Shown: positions 28,220 through 36,923 of the stretch, one piece after another | Layout of the letters: each line of letters starts with the position of its first letter | How positions within the stretch are numbered: the first letter of the stretch is position 1 | Assembly: GCA_030600695.1 (NCBI GenBank) | Contig: JAUVLO010000001.1 | Coordinates: forward strand, 1 to 48,255 | Reading direction: 5' to 3' | DNA: 48,255 bases | DNA from: Methanosarcinales archaeon | Lineage (GTDB): Archaea; Halobacteriota; Methanosarcinia; Methanosarcinales; Methanocomedenaceae | Position numbers and translations under genes: made by a program | The notes under the pieces: generated by a model | The model's database searches: none | What the model was told of the DNA's origin: nothing | Seen by the model: the letters and a program-made list of their open reading frames with translations, nothing else

Positions 28220-29260
28220 TCACACCCTTATCTTGCCCTTATGCTTGGCATAGTTAGCATAATCCAGGTATATCGGATCGGCAAGCAACTCCTGCACCTT
28301 TGGGGCATTATTGCGTATATCCTCTATCTTATCAGTGACCGTGATGCTGAAAGCATCACTGCCCGCACCTGAACCAAATGCTGTCATGAATATCCTGTCC
28401 CCTTCCTTTGCCTGGTCTAAAATGGCAGCCAGCCCGATCATACACGAACCGGAATATGTGTTACCCAACATAGGAACCACCAGTCCTGCCTTTATCTGTT
28501 CAAAGCTGAATCCCAGCATCCCGGCAGCCCTTTCAGGGAACTTGCCATTGGGCTGGTGGAATACAGCATAATCATAATCTGAAGGTTTTGAACCGATCTT
28601 TTCCATCAGGCCTTTTGCCGCCGAGGTCACGTGCTTGAAATAACCCGGATCTCCGGTAAACCTGCCTCCGTGTTCAGGATAAAGCATTCCCTCTCGCCTC
28701 CAGAAATCAGGGGTATCGGTAGTAAACGAGTATGTATCTTCGATAATTGCTGCCAGGTCTGAGGAGCCTATCACATATGCTGCACCTCCGGCAGCAGCCG
28801 TATATTCCAGTGCATCGCCGGGTGCACCCTGGGACACGTCCGCACCTATGGCCACGCCAATATCGATCATGCCTGCAACTACCAGGCCCATGCAGGTCTG
28901 GATGGCGGCAGTACCTGCCTTGCAGGCAAATTCATAATCTGCTGCAGTGAGGACGGGTTCAGCCCCGATGGCCGCTGCCACTATGGTACTTGTGGGTTTA
29001 ACGGCATATGGGTGGCTCTCGGACCCTGTATAAATGGCGCCTACCCTGGAAGTGTCAATATTGCCCCTTTTAACGGCATTACGTGCTGCTTCCACGGCAA
29101 TGGTAATGGCGTCCTCGTCAAGACCGGGTACTGATTTTTCATTAACCTTCAGCCCTTTCTTGATAGATGCGGCATCTGCTCCCCAGACCGCAGCGATATC
29201 TTCCAGTTTTATGCGGTATCGCGGGATATATGCGCCGTATGACATAATTCCTACTTTCAT
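28220..29260 (-). CDS. hydroxymethylglutaryl-CoA synthase
   Basis: [17 protein letters not shown].., catalytic ..FACKAGTAA.. and ..VFHQPNGKF... ATG 29260 is preceded by GGTGA; the track start at 29269 is a GTG inside that RBS. Confidence 0.9.
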   Translation of the reverse strand: MKVGIMSYGAYIPRYRIKLEDIAAVWGADAASIKKGLKVNEKSVPGLDEDAITIAVEAARNAVKRGNIDTSRVGAIYTGSESHPYAVKPTSTIVAAAIGAEPVLTAADYEFACKAGTAAIQTCMGLVVAGMIDIGVAIGADVSQGAPGDALEYTAAAGGAAYVIGSSDLAAIIEDTYSFTTDTPDFWRREGMLYPEHGGRFTGDPGYFKHVTSAAKGLMEKIGSKPSDYDYAVFHQPNGKFPERAAGMLGFSFEQIKAGLVVPMLGNTYSGSCMIGLAAILDQAKEGDRIFMTAFGSGAGSDAFSITVTDKIEDIRNNAPKVQELLADPIYLDYANYAKHKGKIRV

Positions 29261-29338
29261 ATGGTTCACCTAACTTATGGTAATAATATTATATTTCGAA
29301 GAATAATGACCTATATGGTAAATCTGTTGTGGTTGCCG

Positions 29339-30067
29339 TTAACGTGATTGAAGTATTTCGATCATCGAGTCCACAGGCATCATTGTGGACATTAAGTGAA
29401 TGTTCTCAACCTCTGCGATCTTCCTGGCAATGGGGTCAACGTCCTTTCCTTTAAGCCCGTGAAGCACAATGGCACCGGGCTTGAGGCTGGTAACCCTGAT
29501 GGCAACCAGCGGGGACCTGCCCGTGGATACCCTGGTGAAGATCATTGCCCTTTCTGTGCTCCATCCGTAAAGTCTCTGGAACTCATAGGAAGGCAATTCA
29601 AGGATTGCCTTGAGGCTGTCCACTACTGTGTAACCGTATAGCTGTTTATCGTATTCTGATTTCTTTGTGTGTATTATTTCAGCTTCAATGAGGTCTGCAA
29701 GTTCGGTCACGGACATGGGGGAAGTATATTCATGGATGTCGAACACGATTTTTTTATCATAAGTTTCAGATATCATATTCTCATAAGCACGGATCTTATT
29801 ACTGCCGCGCTGCTCGTCGATATCAAGCAGTGCGTTCACGATCTTGCTCACAATGACAGTACCCGGTGATTTCCTCCGGCCGCTTTCGTAATCACTGATG
29901 ACCGAAGGCGAAACATCCAGAAATGTGGCTAGGTCTGACTGGGCCACATCAAAATTTATCCTCCATTTTTTCATAACCTCCCCAGGCTTGTTAGAGAGTG
30001 TTATCTCGCCAGCCATTTTTTCAGCAAGGCGGTCCTTAATATCGCTGTCAGTATTATCCCCTTGCAT
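29339..30067 (-). CDS. XRE-type HTH transcriptional regulator (COG1395-like)
   Basis: HTH region MKKWRINFDVAQSDLATFLDVSPSVISDYESGRR followed by a ~150-aa C-terminal domain. The internal ATG (MQGDNTD..) is preferred over the longer ORF. Confidence 0.7.
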   Translation of the reverse strand: MQGDNTDSDIKDRLAEKMAGEITLSNKPGEVMKKWRINFDVAQSDLATFLDVSPSVISDYESGRRKSPGTVIVSKIVNALLDIDEQRGSNKIRAYENMISETYDKKIVFDIHEYTSPMSVTELADLIEAEIIHTKKSEYDKQLYGYTVVDSLKAILELPSYEFQRLYGWSTERAMIFTRVSTGRSPLVAIRVTSLKPGAIVLHGLKGKDVDPIARKIAEVENIHLMSTMMPVDSMIEILQSR

Positions 30068-30225
30068 GTAGTGTACTAATTTGCCTGCAAATAATATAAA
30101 CCTAACGAATACCACATCGTCATTTGACGAAGTGGTCAACAACTATACGTATATAATGCAATCATAGTTAAAAACCAAACAATATTAACTAATAAAATGC
30201 AAATTCCAACAAGTGAAAAGCAATA

Positions 30226-30290
30226 AACCACAGAGGGCACAGAGAGTGAAATCAGTTACAAGCTCTGTGTTCTCTGTGTCTTCTGTGGTT
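30226..30290. repeat. heptamer-built palindrome, copy e (CACAGAG type)
   Basis: AACCACAGAGGGCACAGAGAG...CTCTGTGTTCTCTGTGTCTTCTGTGGTT in the divergent intergenic region. The core ends are the same as in copy c. Confidence 0.7.
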
Positions 30291-30320
30291 GAAGTATAAT
30301 TGACAAGGAATGGAACAGCC

Positions 30321-31298
30321 ATGAGTGATGCAGAAATTAAAGCCGGGCTTATTGCCATTGGTACTATTGATATCGACAGGTCATTACTTGGCGATATTAC
30401 CGTACCCACGGCAGGACCGGGAGCAGGTGGAACAGCCTTTTTCTTCAGGTGGAACGGGCACCGGGTCAGGCTGTCCGTAGATAAGGGCTCCCAGTTGAAA
30501 GCTGTGGCCGATAACGGCGATATTGTGATATTCAAGGGACAGGAAGCATTGGTTAGGGGGCATATTGAAGAGGAACTGATACACTGCCCGGAACAGGCAT
30601 ATATCACTATCAGCGAGCAGTGTATTTTTGATTGCAAGTACTGTCCGGTCCCAAAACTCTCAGGTAAGATCAAGAGCCTGGACGAGATCGTCAGCATGGT
30701 GGAGGAGGCGTACAGCACGGGTAACATGAAGGCGATCTCTATTACATCGGGTGTGGCAGGGTCTGCTGAAGAGGAAGTGGAAAGGGCAGTAGAGGCTGTG
30801 AAAGCCCTCCGGAAATACAATCTACCCATCGGGGTGTCTGTCTACCCTACAGCTGATTCCAACCGGAAGTTGAAGGAAGCCGGGGTAGCGGAAGTAAAGT
30901 ACAATGTGGAGACCATGGACCGCGAAATATTCAAACGTGTATGCCCGGGTATGGACCACGATTTCATTATTGTGAAACTGAAAGAAGCAGTTGAATTGTT
31001 CGGCAGGAACTTCGTGTATTCCAACTTTATTATCGGCCTGGGAGAATCTGACGAAACCGTGGAGGCAGGACTTGAGGAGCTGGCTTCCATGGACGTGGTG
31101 CCCATACTAAGGGCAGCAAGCATGCATCCGCTGCGGGTGGGTGAGGTCGAGATTGAGCGCCCTACCGCTGAGAGGCTCCTGAGACTTACCCGGATTCTGC
31201 GCCGGATACTGGATGAGCACGGGCTGCGGGCAGATGTGTCCCGTACCATGTGCCTGCCCTGTACCGGATGCGACCTGAACCCGCACCTGGACCTGTGA
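30321..31298 (+). CDS. radical SAM protein (function unassigned)
   Basis: CIFDCKYCPV (CxxxCxxC) cluster motif about 90 aa from the N-terminus, with a TIM-barrel-like remainder. ATG 30321 is preferred over the TTG at 30300. Confidence 0.8.
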   Translation: MSDAEIKAGLIAIGTIDIDRSLLGDITVPTAGPGAGGTAFFFRWNGHRVRLSVDKGSQLKAVADNGDIVIFKGQEALVRGHIEEELIHCPEQAYITISEQCIFDCKYCPVPKLSGKIKSLDEIVSMVEEAYSTGNMKAISITSGVAGSAEEEVERAVEAVKALRKYNLPIGVSVYPTADSNRKLKEAGVAEVKYNVETMDREIFKRVCPGMDHDFIIVKLKEAVELFGRNFVYSNFIIGLGESDETVEAGLEELASMDVVPILRAASMHPLRVGEVEIERPTAERLLRLTRILRRILDEHGLRADVSRTMCLPCTGCDLNPHLDL

Positions 31299-31358
31299 GA
31301 TGGGGGTGGCGTGATATATGAGGTACACACCGGGAAATACAGCATCCTGCTCCATGTA

Positions 31359-31562
31359 TCATCGGTTAAGAGTAATATTGTAATGGAACACAGATTGCAC
31401 GGATGACACGGATGTGCACGGATAATTAATTAATAAATCCGTGAAAATCCGTCAAATCCGTGTCATCCGTGTTCGATTTAAATTAAATTGGAGAATCGTA
31501 TGAAATCATTGGTCTTTTGGAAGATAATACATACCAACTCTGTCAAACTCCTTAACCGATGA
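31359..31562. mobile_element. MITE-like element, copy f (CACGGAT-type hairpin core 31386-31474)
   Basis: Perfect 12-bp terminal inverted repeat: TCATCGGTTAAG (31359-31370) and CTTAACCGATGA (31551-31562). The core is GAACACAGATTGCACGGATGACACGGATGTGCACGGAT-loop-ATCCGTGAAAATCCGTCAAATCCGTGTCATCCGTGTTC. Confidence 0.65.
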
Positions 31563-31628
31563 CCAATGCATCCGGCTCATAATGCAAGACGGGTGCGTTA
31601 AACACTCACCCAACAAGGCCTGTGGAGG

Positions 31629-32387
31629 TCATTGAGACCGACTATGTTCCATAAGGTTATTGCAAATTGTCTCCAGTGCAGCATCCAGCCCTTTCTTGTT
31701 ATTATAACCTTCAACGATCTCCTGTAGATATACTTCGGGCTGCCCCTTCAATTCACGCACTGAATCTATGATGTTGGGCAGCGCCCTGGTAATATTGTCA
31801 ATAACCGGAACTGTGGCACACCGGGCTGTCCTGGACAGGGGGTTCAGGTCAACAGCAATGATGAGCTTACCCATGGCCACCAGTGCCTCGCACCTGTCTC
31901 CGTCTTCAAGAGGCACGAACACCACATCTGCCGAATAGATACCTTCACTGCATACCCGCCCCCTCTCTGATGACAGGCCGGGAATGGAAGCATCAGGGTC
32001 GGCACCCAGCACATGCCGGGCACCATGTGCTTTCAGGTGTTCAATGATCTTCAACACCCTCTCCTCAGTCCTGTAGAACAGGTTCACTTCCAGGGGTGCA
32101 TCCAGTAATATTGATAATTCCACTAGCTCACCGGGCACCAGGGCCGCAGCGTTGCCGTTCACTGATATAACCGGGGTCCGGGCCAGCAGCAGCATGGCAG
32201 CCGCAATACGTTCGGCGGCACGGGCAGAAGGTGTAGTGCACTCGCCGATAAGATAATCAAAGGCTTCTCCCCTACCCTGGGCTATCAGTCCTGTAACACT
32301 GGTGATACCTGATTCCACACCATCCACTATACGCTCCCTGGTAACAAGTGACTGGTACCTGGGATGGTCTTTAGGAATGTGGATCAT
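31629..32387 (-). CDS. 4-phosphopantoate--beta-alanine ligase (archaeal phosphopantothenate synthetase)
   Basis: The N-terminus IPKDHPRYQSLVTRERIVDGVESGITSVTGLIAQGRGEAFDYLIGE is as I recall the COG1701/DUF137 family. Confidence 0.75.
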   Translation of the reverse strand: MIHIPKDHPRYQSLVTRERIVDGVESGITSVTGLIAQGRGEAFDYLIGECTTPSARAAERIAAAMLLLARTPVISVNGNAAALVPGELVELSILLDAPLEVNLFYRTEERVLKIIEHLKAHGARHVLGADPDASIPGLSSERGRVCSEGIYSADVVFVPLEDGDRCEALVAMGKLIIAVDLNPLSRTARCATVPVIDNITRALPNIIDSVRELKGQPEVYLQEIVEGYNNKKGLDAALETICNNLMEHSRSQ

Positions 32388-32632
32388 GCGGCCTTTTAAT
32401 GGAGTCCAATGGTTTTGATCCTACAGGCGGACTTTGATTAAATGTTACTTTTACTCCAGAATAAGTTTTAGACTTAACTGATATTTGTTTTATCAGTTCC
32501 TTGCGTCCACTCTCATCCAATTTACAATACAAAGGCCAAAAAATATCCATAATTATATCCCCTCTATTTTTTTAAGTAAGAGTGAAATATAATTTGCCAT
32601 TATCATATATAAACATTATGGTGCTGTCATAT

Positions 32633-32888
32633 CTACTGATATGCATTTTCCATCAATGAAGGATATAGCATTTCTATGATGGTCTCAAGGTTTTGTATAT
32701 CCTCTATATTATATCTTACGAGTGTGTCCAGCGCTGCCTGGCTGCCGCGCTTGTACTGGTACCACAATCGCACTGCATCGAAACCTGACAGGCCAGTGGT
32801 TTCGCCAGACCTTGAGAGTCCCAGCTCGGTCTCGATATCCAGGAATATGGTATCATCCCTGAATTCCCTGTATGCCTGCCAGTGCTCT
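32633..32888 (-). pseudogene. decayed copy B of the RNase H-like exonuclease gene (5'-truncated, 270-bp internal deletion)
   Basis: 32609-32837 aligns with 35688-35916 and 32838-32890 aligns with 36187-36240 of the intact gene. The junction falls in the 10-nt direct repeat GGTCTC(G/A)ATA. Confidence 0.8.
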
Positions 32889-32929
32889 TTTTTATTCTAT
32901 ATTATATCGCCATTAATTGGTACAAAATC

Positions 32930-33073
32930 AGTAACTTTTTAATTTATTCTGGATAAATGAGTCATGGCAAAAAAGATTAAACGCAGAGAACGCGGAGAAT
33001 CGCAGAGGGTTGTTATTTTTCTCTGCGCTCTCTGCGGTTTTCCGAATCATCCCAGAAAATAATAACAAGTCTC
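32930..33073. mobile_element. MITE-like element, copy g (CGCAGAG-type hairpin core 32979-33040)
   Basis: The ends AGTAACTTTTTAATTTATTCTGGA and TCCCAGAAAATAATAACAAGTCTC correspond to the terminal repeats of copy c in inverted orientation. The internal flank ..GAGTCATGGCAAAAAAGAT.. is also shared. Confidence 0.65.
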
Positions 33074-33124
33074 GGCTGCATATTCGAAAGGTTTAAATTT
33101 GATTACTGACCAGTAAATTACTGA

Positions 33125-34546
33125 ATGGTAATCAAATTTCATGGTAGAGAAAATGAACTGGATTTTATTGAAGAAGCCTACGAAAAAAGATCAATAAAAT
33201 CAATAATGATGGTTCTGTATGGCCGCCGGCGGGTAGGCAAAACAACGCTTATAAAGAAATTTATTGATGGGCGTAAGTTCCTCTATCTATTTGTAGAACC
33301 TAAATCTGAAAAAGAGTTACTTACAGAGCTAGAAGACTCATTAACCAATATATTAGGTATCAGGCCAAGACTGGATAACTGGGATGATTTCCTACGCCTG
33401 GTCTTCACTGACATCAAAGATTGTATAATTGTATTCGATGAGTTCCAGAATTTCCTCCAGATCGATCCTGAATTCTATTCAAAATTACAGAAATACTGGG
33501 ATGAATATCATCTCACTTCACAGATTTTCCTAATCACGATCGGTTCCTATGTAGGGATAATGAAAAAGATATTTACAGATAAAAAAGAGCCATTGTTTGG
33601 AAGAGCGGATTTCCTCTTTAACCTCAAACCGTTCAATTTCTTTGAAACACACAGTTTCATAGACCGCTCTGTTGAAGAGACATGTGAAATATACGCAATC
33701 TTTGGCGGTGTTCCAAAATATCTGCTCTACACCATGCTCTATTCTGGAAAAACGATGTCATTGATTGACAAACTCTTCATAGACGAGCCTGCGCCGCTTA
33801 TGGAAGAAGGAAAAAACATTCTTATAATGGAGTTTGGTAGTGCACACAAAGGATATTTCTCTATCCTTGAAGCAGTTGCACAGGGAAAAACAGTTCAACA
33901 TGAGATTGTAACCCACACCGGCCTGAACAAGGACACTGTTGGAAAATATTTGTATGAACTGGTTCACGCATATGGAATTCTCAAACGCAATTATCCAGTA
34001 ACAGCAAAGAAAAAATCGCCAAGACAATCGCGATATATGATTAGTGACAATTTCTATCGTTTCTGGTTCCGTTTTATCTACAAAAACCAGTCTATCCTGA
34101 TTTCAAACCCGGATGCTTTAAAAGCCCTGATAGCGCGGGATATTAACACATATTATGGATTTGTATTTGAAGACATTGCGCGTGAGTTCCTGATCGAGTT
34201 AAACAAAGAACAGAATCGTCTTCCATTTTCCTTCTTACATATCGATAAATGGTGGCACAGGGACGAAGTGATCGACCTCATTGCCTTTGATGAAGGAAAC
34301 AACATTCTCTTTTGTGAAGTTAAGTGGAAGAACCTGTCGATGCAAGAATCAATTCACGTACTGGATAAACTTAAGATAAAAGTAAAGAGTGTTAACTGGA
34401 AAAATTCCAGACGTGTGGAACACTTTGCAATTATCGCAAAAAATATCAAAGGCAAAAGCGAAATTCAAAAAAAGGGATATCTGGCATTTGATCTTGATGA
34501 TTTCAAAGAAATTTGTGAAAAAATATGTGGACGGAACGGTTCATAA
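33125..34546 (+). CDS. AAA+ ATPase (Arch_ATPase/COG1672-like) with a C-terminal DUF234-type PD-(D/E)xK-like module
   Basis: Walker A YGRRRVGKTTLI, Walker B IIVFDEF, C-terminal EVIDLIAFDEGNNILFCEVKW. It is the third paralogue of 7756-9132. Confidence 0.8.
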   Translation: MVIKFHGRENELDFIEEAYEKRSIKSIMMVLYGRRRVGKTTLIKKFIDGRKFLYLFVEPKSEKELLTELEDSLTNILGIRPRLDNWDDFLRLVFTDIKDCIIVFDEFQNFLQIDPEFYSKLQKYWDEYHLTSQIFLITIGSYVGIMKKIFTDKKEPLFGRADFLFNLKPFNFFETHSFIDRSVEETCEIYAIFGGVPKYLLYTMLYSGKTMSLIDKLFIDEPAPLMEEGKNILIMEFGSAHKGYFSILEAVAQGKTVQHEIVTHTGLNKDTVGKYLYELVHAYGILKRNYPVTAKKKSPRQSRYMISDNFYRFWFRFIYKNQSILISNPDALKALIARDINTYYGFVFEDIAREFLIELNKEQNRLPFSFLHIDKWWHRDEVIDLIAFDEGNNILFCEVKWKNLSMQESIHVLDKLKIKVKSVNWKNSRRVEHFAIIAKNIKGKSEIQKKGYLAFDLDDFKEICEKICGRNGS

Positions 34547-34712
34547 GGAAATAAGACGGGGTTGTGTTCGTGCCGCTTATTGGCAGGTATGGATTCAGTG
34601 ATGATTGAATGTGTTCATTGATTGCATTGTAGAGTAAAGGGAAGGCCTTGCGACCATCTTCTCCTTATCAAACCGTCCGTACGGATTTCCCGTAAGCGGC
34701 TTTCGTTTGGTA

Positions 34713-34815
34713 TTGTCCCATCGCTGCCATGTACTCCGATCATAGTGATCTCATCATAATTGGGGGATAGTCCGGTGGTCTCGATATCCAAGAATATGGT
34801 GTCATCTTTGAATTC
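34713..34815 (-). pseudogene. fragment C of the RNase H-like exonuclease gene (~100 nt)
   Basis: Aligns with 36113-36215 of the intact gene and encodes ..DDTIFLDIETTGLSPNYDEITMIGVHGSDGT... The flanking sequence is unrelated. Confidence 0.75.
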
Positions 34816-34914
34816 GAAATGCTTTTCACATTGCACACTTATAGGTGTTGTGAAGAGGAGGTCATATGGCCCAATTGTAAATTATTAAGTAATATCAATT
34901 TAAAATAGCAACAA

Positions 34915-35160
34915 ATGATCAAAGTCAACTTCACCAATCATGCTAAAGATATGCTACAAGAAAGAAAATTTACAGAAGACGAAATTATATCTGCATTGAG
35001 CGAACGAGATTGGTCAGAAAATGATGAAATAGAAACTGAAATATGGCATGCATTTAAAAAAATCGATGAAAAGGTTTTAAGAGTTGTTGTTAAAGGAAGA
35101 GAAGAACCATATATTATAATTACAATGTTTTATGATAAAAGATTGAGGAATCGAAAATGA
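34915..35160 (+). CDS. DUF4258-like small protein (putative toxin)
   Basis: 81 aa with MIKVNFTNHAKDMLQERKFTEDEI.., typical of the DUF4258 N-terminus. It overlaps the downstream gene by 4 nt. Confidence 0.6.
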   Translation: MIKVNFTNHAKDMLQERKFTEDEIISALSERDWSENDEIETEIWHAFKKIDEKVLRVVVKGREEPYIIITMFYDKRLRNRK

Positions 35161-35378
35161 GAATTAAAGTTGATTTAGAAAGCGATGCACTTTACTTTAG
35201 AATTAGCGAGGATGCAATCGAGGAAAGTGAGAAAATAAATAACGGTCTCATTGTCGATTACGATGCAAATGGAAAAGTAGTAGGGATAGAAATCCTCAAT
35301 GTAAAAAATAAGTTCAAATTGGAAGATCTGACTGGGCTCAAATTGGAAATGCCTACAGTTGTAAAGGCAGAGGCATAA
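35157..35378 (+). CDS. DUF2283-like small protein (putative antitoxin)
   Basis: 73 aa with ..DLESDALYFRISE...YDANGKVVGIEILN.., the characteristic DUF2283 pattern. Confidence 0.65.
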   Translation: MRIKVDLESDALYFRISEDAIEESEKINNGLIVDYDANGKVVGIEILNVKNKFKLEDLTGLKLEMPTVVKAEA

Positions 35379-35711
35379 GAGAATATCTTTTGATTAGATT
35401 TGGCTTTTTTTTAATAGGATTACTAATATTGTGCCCATTTTATTTTCTAAGATTTTGTATTTGTCTTATAACCTTATGATGCACATAATTGTCAATTCCA
35501 CAGTCACAAACCTCAGACCAGAGGACCAAAGGCATCAGGGAGAATGCTCATTATTTTGTATTTTTTGTCTATTTTAAGGGAGTTCACATCTTTTTCAGGT
35601 GCAGGCAAGCAATTTAAGACCAAATAAAAGTATTAATAGGCAAAAAATATTGATTAAATCAAAAAATATAATCTACCATTCCCAGGTATAAACATTATGG
35701 TGCCGTTCGAC

Positions 35712-36458
35712 CTACTGATATGTATTTTCAATCAACGAAGGATATAGCATTTCTATGATTGTCTCAAGGTTTTGTATATCCTCGATATTATATCTTACAA
35801 GTGTGTCCAGTGCTGCCTGACTGCCGCGCTTGTACTGGTACCACAATCGCACTGCATCGAAACCTGACAGGCCAGTGGTTTCATCAGACCTTGAAAGTCC
35901 CAGCTCGGTCTCGATACGTTTCAGCCCCCCGGTCAGGCCCAGCCTGCGAAGGGGATATAGCAGGTCGATGTGAAGCTGGTCGAAACTGACACCTGGCAGA
36001 TGATGCTCAATAAAAGGTAGGTCGAACCGTGCCCCGTTGAAGGTGACAATGACCTTGCACCCTTCTAAAGCCTGTGGGAAATCTTCCAGGTCAATGCCGC
36101 TTATGAACACCTTTGTCCCATCGCTGCCATGTACTCCGATCATGGTTATCTCACTATAATTGGGGGATAGTCCGGTGGTCTCAATATCCAGGAATATGGT
36201 ATCATCTTTGAATTCCCTGTATGCCCGCCAGTGCTCTTTGGAGGGGAGGTTATTGGCAAAGTATGTGTGGTCACGGGCATTTAGCTTCTCTTTAGATGTG
36301 CTGATACCTTCCAGTATTGATCTTTGTTTTAATTCCGGCAGTCCGGTACGGTGGGTTTCTTCCATGAATTCATCCCAGGACTTGATACCGCTGTCCCATA
36401 TCTTTCTCTCTGTTGTGGCACCTATTCCGGGCAGGTGGATGTAACTGTTAGTAAGCAT
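35712..36458 (-). CDS. RNase H-like (YprB/COG3359-type) predicted 3'-5' exonuclease with an N-terminal HhH motif
   Basis: LPGIGATTERKIW (HhH), ExoI-like motif TIFLDIETTGL, then FNGARFDLPF and YNIEDIQNL. The internal ATG (MLTNSY..) is the likely start. Confidence 0.75.
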   Translation of the reverse strand: MLTNSYIHLPGIGATTERKIWDSGIKSWDEFMEETHRTGLPELKQRSILEGISTSKEKLNARDHTYFANNLPSKEHWRAYREFKDDTIFLDIETTGLSPNYSEITMIGVHGSDGTKVFISGIDLEDFPQALEGCKVIVTFNGARFDLPFIEHHLPGVSFDQLHIDLLYPLRRLGLTGGLKRIETELGLSRSDETTGLSGFDAVRLWYQYKRGSQAALDTLVRYNIEDIQNLETIIEMLYPSLIENTYQ

Positions 36459-36788
36459 ATTGAGTAATAGGGGGTTATCTGATATAAATATCCTGATATT
36501 ATATGTCACAGACCTCAGGCTAGATGTCCGAAGGCATCGGGAGGATGCTTTACACCACTTGTCATCCTTTTTTTATATGTTGTGATCAGGCGAAAGTGTT
36601 GCTAATAGTGAGGGGGCATATCTTATTTTAAAATTGGAGATTTTGGCAATATATTTAAAGATTCAGCAAATCCGTCCAAACCTGGAAATAGGCTTTGTTT
36701 GTTTATATTCATATAATTTAATTTATTGAGTATGGTATTCTTTTCGCTCCTGTTACCCGAGTTTATAAAAAATCAAAAAAACAAGCCT

Positions 36789-36882
36789 CTTGGCTCCGAA
36801 AAACTGTAGGCCAAGTCAAACGTTGCGATGGCACACCCAACCGCAGCAGAGCGGCGGGGTATAATATTGATTAAGATAAAAG
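36789..36882 (-). repeat. conserved ~65-nt intergenic element plus adjacent hairpin (copy 2, inverted)
   Basis: 36815-36862 is the reverse complement of 7594-7641 with 4 mismatches. The adjacent hairpin CTTGGC-N15-GCCAAG (36789-36815) takes the place of the GC-rich hairpin of copy 1. Confidence 0.7.
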
Positions 36883-36923
36883 ATTGAACAAACCGCCTGT
36901 ACTTGATTCAGACGATTAAATAT

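Noticed and set aside
30185-30829. 214-aa minus-strand ORF overlapping the radical SAM gene and the palindrome at 30226-30290
   Set aside because: It is antisense to a gene with a clear CxxxCxxC motif. Its translation is S/A/P/T-rich low complexity and includes the repeat element.
32368-32550. Roughly 60-codon minus-strand ORF (MDIFWPLYCKLDESGRKELIKQ...) upstream of, and overlapping, the phosphopantothenate synthetase start
   Set aside because: It is below the ORF-track threshold, has no motif or obvious ribosome-binding site, and overlaps the next gene out of frame. The support is insufficient.
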